Assembly: GCA_965112735.1 (NCBI GenBank) | Contig: OZ218950.1 | Location: 2,108,001 to 2,172,000, forward strand | Origin: Phaeosaccion multiseriatum | Taxonomy: Eukaryota > Protista > Ochrophyta, other classes | Length of the DNA: 64,000 nt | Direction: 5' to 3' | Shown here: piece by piece, positions 11,823-22,121 of the stretch | Layout of the letters: each line of letters starts with the position of its first letter | How positions within the stretch are numbered: position 1 is the stretch's first letter | The notes under the pieces: model-generated | What the model was told of the DNA's origin: nothing | The model's input: only the letters and a program-made list of their open reading frames with translations | Database searches by the model: none | Program-made: the position numbers and the translations under genes

Positions 11823-14800
11823 ATGGTACGTAACTCTCCGGTGATTGCGCAGGGGCAGAGGCAATTTGCTAGTGAATGTGCACAGTGATTCCATTCTTGA
11901 ACAACAGTAGAGACTGCGGCGTGAAAGGCGCGTCTGCGTTGAATGCATCGCTAGTGTTGTATCAGTGGCCTCTTCCTGTCTCCGTTGCTCACCCTCCCCT
12001 CTCCCCCGACCTCCAACTGGGAACCCCAACCCACCCACCACTCACAGGCGCTCTTTGTCCTCTACGAAGCTGCCTCGGGTTACGCTCTCTTCGAGGTGGT
12101 GGAGGTGGAGGAGATTGCGAACCTGTTGGAGCAGGTGCAGAACAACCAAAATGACTTGCAAAAGTTTGGACGCACGGTGAAAATGAAGGCCTTCCAGCCC
12201 TTTACGACAGCAGAGAACGCCTTGGAGAATATCAATGCCGTTTCTGAGCAGATGATGACCGACGACCTCAAGGTTGGTTGTTGTTGTGGTGACTCCCGCC
12301 CTCTGTTCCTTCCCTCCTGGCCCTGACCCCAACCCAAGGCCCATGTTGATGTATGCACTGGTTGTTCAGGGGGTTGTCTGTCTCTCTCTTCCTGTGGGTT
12401 GGCTGTGTGGAGCTGTCTTCCATGGGTTGGTCGTCGTCGTGAGCTGCCTGCCTACCTTACGGTACCCACCTACCCTCTCTTTACCTTGTCTCTCACCCCT
12501 CCCCTCCTCTGCAGAACTTTCTTGAGATGAACATGCCCAAGGTCAAGACGCTGAAGAAGGCAAAATTCACCCTCGGCGTCATCGAACCCGCGCTGGGCAG
12601 TGCCATTCAGGATGCTCTGGAGATCCCGTGCAGATCAGACGACACCATCAGGGAGGTGGTCAGGGGCATCCGCACCTGGTTCACCAAGTGAGTGTGTGAG
12701 TGCGTGCGTGCGTGAGTGCGTGCGTGAGTTCGTGTGTTGCTTCCCCCTTTTTCCATGTGGGTCAATTTCCCCCTCCCATCAAGCTCAATGGGGGCTGCTC
12801 TCCAGGCAGTCCAATCACCTCCCACCCTGGCCTGTCCTCACCTCTACCCCGCTCCTCCCCTCCCCTCCCCTCCCCTCTCTACTCGTGACATTTGCTTCGC
12901 CGTAGGTTTGTGAAGGAGCTGGACAATGGCATGGCTGAGAAGGCTCAGCTTGGTCTGGGGCACTCCTTCTCACGAGCGAAGGTACGTTACTTATACAGTT
13001 ACACCCTCGGGCCCTTTCCTTTGCCTGTTGGATTCATTCCCCTTTGGAGGGTGACGTGTGTGTGTGCGTGTGTGTTGGCTTCTACGACTGGGTGGTCGAA
13101 GAAAGAGCCGTAAGCGTTGAAGCGTGTGCCGCCTCCGATGATGACATATAATTCTGCAATGCCTAGGGCGGAGGGGTGATACCTTCCTACCTCATGCTGA
13201 AACACAATATTCACATTTGACTTAGGAGTGACTGTACACGCGGTACCACTGCTACCGCTCCCGCTGCCCATGCATCCGCCCTTGTGCGCCCTGTGCTGCT
13301 GTGCCTGGTTTGGGAGGAAGATGGCTGGTTGTGAGCGAGGCATTGCTTGCTTGCTTCCGCCCGTCGGAGACGTAGACCTTTAACACACACGCTCCCTTTA
13401 TTTTTCTTTGTGTATTCCCTTTCGCTCTCTCTTCCCTTCTTGCTCCACCTCCCGCACTCTCCCTCTGTCTCTCTCTCTCTCTCACACACACATCCCTAAC
13501 AGGTAAAGATGAACCCCGCCCGTAACGACAACATGATCATCCAAAGCATCTGCCTGCTGGACCAGCTTGACAAGGACCTAAACACCTTCGCCATGCGGGT
13601 CAGAGAGTGGTACTGCTGGCATTTCCCCGAGTTGAGGGAGTTGGTCAAGGATAACTACATGTTTGCAAGGTGCGCCTCGCACATTGGCGACCGGACGACG
13701 CTGACCAGCGGGGAGACACAGGAGGAGAAGCTGGAGGGACTGAAGGTGGGTGTGTGTGTGTGGATGTGTGTGTGTGTGTGTTAGTGTGGGTGTGTGTGTG
13801 CGTGGGTGTGTGTGTGGGAGGGTGGGTGCGGCGCGGTGTGGGCACGAGGAAGGGAGGGGATGGGATGGAGGACAGGAACGAGGTGTGGGAGGGGGGGGGG
13901 GGGGGGTGGGGGTGGAGGAAGCGGAAGGGGAGAAGAAGCAACGCAAGCGAGAGGATAGAGCCTGCCCTACCCTTACCACGTGCTGCCCAACCTCACCTCA
14001 CCCTACCCTACCCCCTTCCCCCTCCTCCCTCTCTTACCCCAACACAGACCATCTGCATGGACGATGACCTTGCCTTGGCCATTGTGGCGGCCGCTAAGCG
14101 CAGCATGGGTATGGACTCTTCCCCTCTCGACATGATCAACGTCGTCAACTTCACGGAGAGAATGGTTAAGCTCGCAGAGTACAGAAAGGTGGGTGTAGAT
14201 GTGTGGGTTTGTTTGTTTGTTTGTTTGTTTGTGTGTGTATGTGAGAGAGACTACGTCCACCCTCGGGCTTGCCTGTCTATGTGCCTTGCTCTTATCTCTT
14301 TCTTTCTGCCCCCCTCTCTCTGTCTCTCTTTCTCTACCATTATGCTCTCTAGAACCTGTACGCGTACCTGGAGGACAAGATGAGGGTGGTGGCCCCTAAC
14401 TTGGCGACGCTTATTGGAGACACAGTCGCTGCACGTCTCATCAGTAAGGCAGGCAGCCTCACCAGCCTCGCCAAGTGCCCTGCGTCCACTGTGCAGGTAA
14501 GCAGTAACGTTCCGGTAACCTTCTTGACACGCACACACACATGTGGGAATCTCCTTACACATTTGGAAGGGGGGCCTCTTGATACACCCTTCCCTCCTAC
14601 ACACTTCCAAGAAAGCAAGCAAACTTTGGGAAACCCCGCGTACAGAGGAAGCAAGCAAACTTGACGCCCCTCTTCCCTTCCTCCCACCCACCTCTCACCA
14701 CCCCCGCATGATCCCTTGCGACGGTCAAACTAACGACAGATTCTGGGCGCCGAGAAGGCTCTGTTCCGAGCCCTCAAGACCAAGGGCAACACACCCAAGT

Positions 14801-16370
14801 ACGGCATCATCTACCACAGCACCTTTATCGGGCGGGCCTCGGCCAAGAACAAGGGACGGATTTCGAGGGTACTCGCTAACAAGTGCTCGATTGCGAGCCG
14901 GATAGACAGGTGGGTGGGAGAGGGAGAGAGGGATGGAGAGAGTTGGGTGGGTGAGGGTGGTGGCAAGGCAAGGTAGCCAACGAAGGAGAGGAAGAAGAAG
15001 CAACGCAGCACCCAAGGCAAAGATATGTATCTGGACATACTCCACCCCCCATTTCTCTCTCCTCCCCCTACCTTCCCCCACTCTCCACCTATCAAGCCCC
15101 CTCCCCGCCTCCCTGCCCCTTCAACTTCAACTTCAACCTTGAACCTTTCATCCTCGCACCCTGGCGAAACTAGGGGGTTCTATGCGTACGTCGCTATAAA
15201 GTGTCCCCCTTTGGCCCAGGCAGATAGACCCGTTCAAATATTTTGGACAGGGGCGAAGCATTTTCCTCGTGCAGTCGTTACGGCCCATCCGCGCCATGAT
15301 TGCCTCGTCGCTTCGGCAAATTCCCTCCCCTCCTCTCCTCTCTCTCGTCCTCTCTGCCCCTTCTCTCTTTCTCCCTCTCTCTCTCTCGTCGCCTTGATGT
15401 GTGCTAGCTAGCTGTGTCGCGTTTTTTGCCTCTCTTCCCTCTTCCTCTCCTTGCATCTTTTTCTTCACTCATCTCTTGTCCTGCCGTTTCATCCTCTCTA
15501 TCTCCTGTATGTGTGTGTGTTGCGAAAACAGCTTCATCGACGACCCCACAACGAAGTACGGCGACGAGCTCCGAGCCCAAGTCGAGGAGAGGCTCAACTT
15601 CTATGACACGGGAGAGGCACCTCGAAAGAATGTCGACGTGATGAAGGGAGTGAGCGACGCCTTGGCGCTGGACAGGGACGAGGATGAGGATAGTGACGCA
15701 GAGATGGGGGATGCGGAGGAGGTGGTGGTGAGCAAATCGGGCAAGAAGAAGAAGAAGGACAAGAAGGACAAGGGAGGAGCAGGTGGCCAGGAGGCTGAGG
15801 CTGGGGCGGACAAGAGCGCGAAGAAGAAGAAGAAGAAGCGAGCGAGGGAGGAGGGGACGGAGGAGGGGGGGTCGACGGAGGCGACGGTGAGTGGAAGGAG
15901 AGGAGGCAGGGGGGGTTGGGGGGCGGGAGGAGGGTGGAGAGAGGGAGAGAGAGAGAGAGAGAGAAAGAGGGAGGGAGGGAGAGGGTGGGCAGAGAGGGGG
16001 TTATGTTGCATCTTGTTCTTTCCGTTTTCCAATATCTGTTTCCTAAGCAGGAAGTCTCCTTCTCACCTGCCCCCTCAACGTGTGAAAATGTGCCTTAAAA
16101 ACGTGTCTTTCAAAACAGCCCGGCAAGACACCCAAGAAGAGCAAGAAAGACAAGACGCCAACAGCAGCACCACCAGCAGCAGCAGCATCAGCAGAGACGC
16201 CCGGGACCTCAAAGAAGGATAAGAGTGCCAAAAAGAGTGCCAAGAAAAGTGCCAAGAAAGATGCGGTAGCGGAGGAGCCGGTGGCAGCAGAAAAGAGTGT
16301 CAAGAAGGATAAGAGCGCAAAGAAGAAGGACAAGAGCGCGAAGAAGAAGGCCAAGGAAGGCACAGAGTAG
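11823..16370 (+). CDS. NOP56: Nucleolar protein 56 (box C/D snoRNP core protein)
   Basis: Exons 11823-11825 (ATG only), 12048-12272, 12515-12687, 12906-12981, 13503-13745, 14048-14188, 14353-14496, 14740-14908, 15532-15886 and 16119-16370. Motifs [82 protein letters not shown], and a Lys-rich tail. Confidence 0.96.
11840..11993 (+). ncRNA. Candidate structured RNA (long irregular hairpin) filling NOP56 intron 1
   Basis: Nested stems ggtga/tcacc, cagg..agaggc/gcctct..cctg, gctagtga/tcgctagt, tgca/tgca, caac/gttg and gtaga/tctgc. This intron lacks the usual microsatellites. Confidence 0.4.
13133..13203 (+). ncRNA. Intronic box C/D snoRNA, predicted guide for 5.8S rRNA Gm75 (SNORD96-like function)
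   Basis: Box C ATGATGA 13138-13144; guide AATTCTGCAAT 13150-13160, antisense to the conserved 5.8S ATTGCAGAATT; D' CCTA 13162-13165; C' GTGATA 13176-13181; D CTGA 13197-13200. Flanking stem gcgtgtgc/gtacacgc. Confidence 0.75.
15158..15323 (+). ncRNA. Candidate H/ACA-like snoRNA in NOP56 intron 8
   Basis: Hairpin cctgg..aggggg/ccccct..ccagg, then a hinge, then hairpin cgaagc..gcagtcgt/atgattgc..gcttcg with an internal pocket. An AAA triplet sits 14 nt below the upper stem. The boxes are non-canonical. Confidence 0.45.
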
Positions 16371-16979
16371 AGTCAGCACAAGCAAGGCCATGGAAGGCAC
16401 AGAGTAGCGCCAGCAGCGTACCACGGAGGGTTGCCCAACAGTATAGTATAGCGCAAATAGCACATAGTAGCGCAGGGCACTTCTAAAGGGCATGATGGAT
16501 GGAAGGAAAGGTGATAGAGCCGGGGCGGGGTAAGCGTGTGTATATTGTTTGCGTGAGGGCAACGGGCCGACGGAAGGGTGGGGAGGGCGAGGGGAGTCAA
16601 TAGTAGACGTCCCACCCACCCACCCACCCACCCACCCACCCGCCGCGTCCGCTTACTCTCCTCCTCGTTAAGAGTAACCACGGACCGAACAGACACCAGA
16701 AGCGCGATCGATTGGCGTAGTTCAGTGCGAGACTAACGTGAAAAAAGGAAGAGGAGTTTACTCATTTTGTTAAGCTTCCAAACTGAACTTGATGCCAACG
16801 AGGCCGGCGTTCCACGCGTCGTAGCGAGGACAACACGATGCGCACATTCAAACTCGCCAAGACTGTTGTTTGGGGTGGAGGGGGGGGGGGAGGTGTCTCT
16901 TACATATTATTTTCTTCACTGTTAGTAATATACTCAAACAAAATATAAGGAAGAGCTTCGGTTAGATGACAGGAGCAGC

Positions 16980-19040
16980 TCATGCGTCCGTCCTTGCTCT
17001 CTTTCGCGAGGGCAGTCCTTCGCGATTAGCCCCTTCTCCTCCTTCTCCCCCTCCATCCTTCTCCTGCAGCTCAAAGCCGTACTCGCTCATCAGAGCCTTC
17101 ACCTCCCTCGACATGCTCTCCAGACAGAAGAAGTCCGCTGCCTGCAGGGCCTGCTTCGCTCTGACCTCGTCAAACAGCTTCGTGCGCTCCTTCCTCTTCC
17201 CACCACTGCTACTGCTACTGCTGCTGCTGCCGCCATCGCCACCAATCTCCTGCCTTTCTTTGCCTCTCCTCCTCTTCCCTGCTGACCCTGGCCTTGTCGT
17301 CAGCAGCTCCTCCACGCTGCCCGTGGTGACGAACTTGACCACAGCTTCAAAGCCCTCCTCGGTAAAGCCCACCCCATCATACTCCAGCTCCACCTCCTTC
17401 CTCTTGCCCTTACTTTTGCCCTTTCCCTTCCCGCTGCCCATGAAGCCGCGCTTGGCGGGGTCCAGTATCGTGGAGAGAATGCCCGCTGGCGAGGAGCGGT
17501 CGCTGGTGCTCGGAGAACGTTCTCCTCCTCCTTCCTTGACCTTCTCCATGAGCTGCTCCACCAGCGGGATGCTCAAAGCGTACAGCTTCTCTCCCTTCGC
17601 ACCGCTCACTTTGTCTACCAGTCGTACATCAACTTCCTCACCGCTGCCGCCCAGCATGGAGTAATGTTCTGCTACGGTGTCGAACCTGTCCGCGACAGCA
17701 TCTCGCTCCCCTCTGGCCTTGTTGAGAAACGAGGCAATGACCCCACTGAAGCCGCTCTGTGCAGCCAAATCCAAGACCTTCGCGTCCACAGCAGCCCCCA
17801 TCTTGAGGAGAAACGTGGCCACCTTCTCGCGGTCCTCCTTGCTTCCTGCTTCAGTTTCGAAACTCTCCAGCGTCTCTGACATGTCTTCTTCATCAGGATG
17901 CACGCACGCCATCAACGGGCTTTGCTCGGTGTCCGTGAGAGCATCGATCTCAGCCCGTGCCTCCACCAGCAGATAGACATCCTCGATGCTGCCCAAAGCG
18001 GCGGCCATATGCAGGGGTGTCACTGCAGTTATGTCCTTCACCTTGACAGACGCACCAGCCCGTATGAGCTCGGCAACGACCTTCGCGTGACCCTTGGATA
18101 CCGCCCCGAAGAGGGGTGTGCTACCATTATCATCAGCCAAGTCCAGGGACGCGCCACGGTGAATGAGATCCTTCGCACACGACAAATGTCCAAAGCAGCA
18201 AGCAGTATAAAGCGGCGTCTTCATATGATTGTCTCTGGAATCAAGCTGCAAACCTTCCTCTAGCAACAAGGGGATGCACTGCTCGTTGCCACTCTGCGCG
18301 ATGAGGTGCAGGAGGCTACTGCCAATGTCCGTCTTGACGTTCACATCGGCGCCGCTCTTGAGCAGCAAAGGCAGGCTGTCCCTCCTCCCTCTCGCATCCC
18401 CATTCTCCCCCATGCATAAGACCTGGGCTGCCGTGCGATCTTCGCTGTTCTTCTCATTTGGGTCGGCCCTCGCCTTGAGCAGCAGCTTCACACACTCAGA
18501 GCTCCCTTTGGCGGCTGCCTGATGCAGAGCCTCGCTGCCCGCCGCTACTGCTCCATGCCGTAGCAAGTACCACACGATGAGGGTGTGACCTCTAGCAGCA
18601 GCACGGGAGAGAGGAGACCATCCATCTTTGCATTTCCCGTTGACATCTACACCCGCCTCCACCAGCCCCTTGACCAGGCCAAAGTTCCCCTCCAAAGCAG
18701 CATAGTACAGGGGCGTTCGACCACTGCGAACACCAGCATGACGACGTTTAGTAGAGATGTCCAAGCCGCACTTCTGCATCAACCTCACGCTATCCAGCAT
18801 GTCCATGCCCCTCTCTTCGGAGCAGTGCGCTTTCTCACCCTTCGTGTACATTCTGGGCAGGGCATGGAGGGGGGTGTAGCCCTTATTCTTTGAGGCGTTG
18901 AGATCAACTGCAAACAAGACGGCCTTGAGCAGGAGAAGGAGATGCTTTGTGCTGCTGCCCCAGCCCGCCGCCTCCCTCTCCTTGGCGCGCTCATACCACT
19001 CGTCTACATGAGCCGCAGTCTCTTCCCAACGTTCAGGCAT
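16980..19040 (-). CDS. Ankyrin-repeat protein with a C-terminal BTB/POZ-like domain, intronless (686 aa)
   Basis: Multiple ankyrin motifs (GRTPLYYAA, GWSPLSRAA, KTPLYTAC, GSTPLFGAV, TPLHMAA). C-terminal FEAVVKFVTTG...ALQAADFFCLESM resembles the end of a BTB domain. Confidence 0.9.
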   Translation of the reverse strand: MPERWEETAAHVDEWYERAKEREAAGWGSSTKHLLLLLKAVLFAVDLNASKNKGYTPLHALPRMYTKGEKAHCSEERGMDMLDSVRLMQKCGLDISTKRRHAGVRSGRTPLYYAALEGNFGLVKGLVEAGVDVNGKCKDGWSPLSRAAARGHTLIVWYLLRHGAVAAGSEALHQAAAKGSSECVKLLLKARADPNEKNSEDRTAAQVLCMGENGDARGRRDSLPLLLKSGADVNVKTDIGSSLLHLIAQSGNEQCIPLLLEEGLQLDSRDNHMKTPLYTACCFGHLSCAKDLIHRGASLDLADDNGSTPLFGAVSKGHAKVVAELIRAGASVKVKDITAVTPLHMAAALGSIEDVYLLVEARAEIDALTDTEQSPLMACVHPDEEDMSETLESFETEAGSKEDREKVATFLLKMGAAVDAKVLDLAAQSGFSGVIASFLNKARGERDAVADRFDTVAEHYSMLGGSGEEVDVRLVDKVSGAKGEKLYALSIPLVEQLMEKVKEGGGERSPSTSDRSSPAGILSTILDPAKRGFMGSGKGKGKSKGKRKEVELEYDGVGFTEEGFEAVVKFVTTGSVEELLTTRPGSAGKRRRGKERQEIGGDGGSSSSSSSSGGKRKERTKLFDEVRAKQALQAADFFCLESMSREVKALMSEYGFELQEKDGGGEGGEGANREGLPSRKRARTDA

Positions 19041-19180
19041 TTTGTGTTTTGTTGTGTTCGGCTATGAGGAGCCGGGATGAGATTTGAAATCCGATGGGAT
19101 GGTAGCGGATGGCACCCATGCTCCTTTCTGATGCCGCCTTCCCCTCTTTTGTGCGTTGTGTTTGCGCTTGCGCCCCCTAG

Positions 19181-21963
19181 ATGTTCCCAATGCATCTGAT
19201 GATGCTTTTGAGTTCTTGGCTCGCGTCCCTCACGGTGAGTGTGGCCTTCTGCCCAAGCACCGTGCTCACACATGTTGCAGCAACGCGAGGAGGAGGGGCG
19301 TCTCTCTCGTCAACAACAACCGATGCTCGCCATCCAGCAGCAGCAGGTTCTGCCAACGGACTAATCGCGGCTCACCGAGAAGATCTCGAAGCCAGGATTG
19401 CAGAGGCCATTGCGGACAAGCGAGGTCTGGAGGGCGACGTCGCAACAGACGGTACGACACCTCATGTCTCCCCACTTCATAATAGCTCGTACTAATGCTT
19501 TGCCTACTGGCCTGTTCCTGCTGTTGATGAAGCGCAGGCGTGTACATTTCCCTGGACGATCTAGAGTCCGAGCTGGACTTCCACCAGCAGCAGCAGCTGG
19601 AGGAGGATGGGGGGGAGGGCCGTAGAAGTGGTGGCGGCGGTGGCGGCGGCATTGGCGGCCCCTTCAGCGAGCTTCTCTGCTCCGCCCTCGAGCAACAGCA
19701 TATGGTCACTATCACCCTCGGGCGTGACTCGCCGCTGCCCCGACTGTGGAGCGCGCTGCAGCACTTCTTCGCCCTGGCCTCTTCCGCCGACAAAATGTGT
19801 GTTTTAGTAGAGAGCAGGCTTCGTTTAGGCGATGTTGTGATTAGAAGCACTCGATGTTCGTCTTCGGACCCATATTGGTTAAGGTCTTGCTGCTGCTATG
19901 CCTTAGGGGGGGGGGTTGGCGGGGGTTGTCTCTCTTTCCACTGCTTGCTGATTTCTGCGTGCGCAGCGGTTGCCAGAGGCACGTTGCGAGAAAGGGAAGG
20001 GCCATGTATGGAATGAGTTGAAATGAATGGATCTGAAGTGGGGGCGCTACTGACGGCTCGAGCTCTTCGCACTTATCTGGGTGTCGTCTCTCTGACCCTC
20101 TCTTCCCTCTCCTCCTCCTCCTCCTACTACTACTACTACTTCTGCTACTACTAACACTCTACTACTACTACTACCACTACTACTTGTGCTGCTCCCGAAA
20201 CAACATACAGGGCGGCAATGGGGAGCCTCCAAGAGGGGCACGGCTTCGGCTACGTCAACCTTGAAGGAAATGAGTTCGTGGAAACCATGATGATGTACCC
20301 GCAGAGGTGAGCAAGGAGAAGGTTCAATTATGTATGACACTAGAGAGACAAAAGGGGGCGAGGTTGGGAGGGCGAGGACCGACCCCCAACCGCACGAGGG
20401 AGCTGAGGATAGAACAAAGCGCTGCTTTTGCTTCCCTTCTAGAGCGGGATCTCCACTGCTGAGCAGCATCCCACCCCTCCTCCTCCCCATCTCCCTCCCT
20501 TCCCTTCCCCTCCCTTCCACCCACCCACCCACCCATCCATCCACCCAGGTTGTTGCCCCTTGCCGCCCGCATGAGTGAGCTTGTGCCAGAGCTGCCCCAG
20601 GCAGTTACAGAAGCGCGTCTCGAGATGGCCCGAGTGGCCAAGTGTGTGGTCAGTATCGCAGCCCTGCAGGCAGGTTTAGAACCCGCGACGCTGCTCCGGC
20701 TCATGGACCCCGCAGATGGTTCGCTGGACGAGAACGCGGAGAGTGTGCTGCGTCTCTGCTGCTACCGCTCCAATTCCTCCAGTTCAGGCACCGAAGGGTC
20801 TGCTGCTGCCGCTACATCTCCTGCTGGAAATGGTGGTGGTGGTGCTGCTGCTGCTGATGGTCGCGACGAGGGGGAGGAAGAAGGGAAGCGGAACAGGAAG
20901 GTGACTTCTGTGGCCTTCGGGGCGCATACAGAGTGAGTCGAAGAAGAGAGAGAGAGGGGGGGGGGGGGGAGTTGAAGGAGAGAGCGCGCGCGAGAGAGAG
21001 AGACAGAGAGAAAGAGAGAATTGTGGTATGCCATTGCGTTCATGCCCCACTGCCTGATGTCTGTGAATCCCTCTTGTCCTCCTCATTCGTGTGAGCTCAG
21101 AGCCTCTTGTCACTGATTTGAATCCATCGATTTTGATCAAATCGAGGTATCTAATCAACTCAAACTGAACCTGAACCACCCCACCACACACGTCCTCCAC
21201 GCACCCGTCTGTCGGTACCCCCCTCCTCCCCTTGTCCCTCTCCCTTCCTCCCTCCTCCCCTCCCCCGGCCCCGCCCCTCGGCCCTTCCATCTCCATCTAT
21301 CGCCATCTGTGAATGTGAAGCACCACCTTTGTCACCATGGTGCCGTGCTCAAGCGTGGCGGGACTGGAGATCCACGGCGCGTCTCTGACTGCGGGCTCTG
21401 CAGAGAGCTCCGAGAAGGGCTCGTCTACCTCCAATACGAAGGAGAGCAGCGGCAGTCATATGGGCAGCAGCAGCAGTGGTAGCGGCGGCGGCGAGAAGCA
21501 TTGGATCAGACCCGAAGCCGCGGCCGCCGCCCAACGAGGCCCGTCCGTGGTGGTGATGAGCGGGGAGCTGCTGCAAGTCTTCACGGCAGGCCGAATGAGG
21601 GCGGCGGTACACAGGCACGTAACCGGACCTTGTAGACGGTACACTGCACACTGTACTGGACCTTACATACACCCGTATATGTATTTATACCCCTCCCTTT
21701 CCTCTCTGTTCTCTCCTTTCTTCCTCTCCTTCAGGGTCGTACACACGTCGTCCGTGCAGTCGCGCATGAGTGCCCCTCTGCTTGTGCGGGGGAGGATGGA
21801 TACCCTACTGCGCTCCTCCTCCTCCTCCTCCTCCTCCCCGGAGCCCCTCTCTGCATCGTCAAACAACACTGCCGCAGCGGTGGATCTCTCCGCGATGGCA
21901 GTGGAAGGCTGGACTGTGAAGGCTGTGCATGAATCACTCAACGCTTCTCTGAAGAAGGGCTGA
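19181..21963 (+). CDS. 2-oxoglutarate/Fe(II)-dependent oxygenase (IPNS/DIOX-like), probably plastid-targeted
   Basis: Exons of about 19181-19451, 19538-19796, 20211-20306, 20549-20931, 21321-21614 and 21735-21963. Motifs SVLRLCCY, GAHTDTTFVT (HxD), GLEI, SGELLQVFTAGRMRAAVHRVV and RMS (RxS). Signal peptide followed by VAF-CP. Confidence 0.85.
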
Positions 21964-22083
21964 TCCGGCTCCATGCTGGCGGGGTGTGGTGTGATGAGTC
22001 AACTCAAGACTCGGGCCTGTGTAGGACGAAGGAACGAGGGAACGAAGGCGGAGCATAGCAAGTGGGTCACCAGCACCACCACC

Positions 22084-22121
<38 letters not shown>

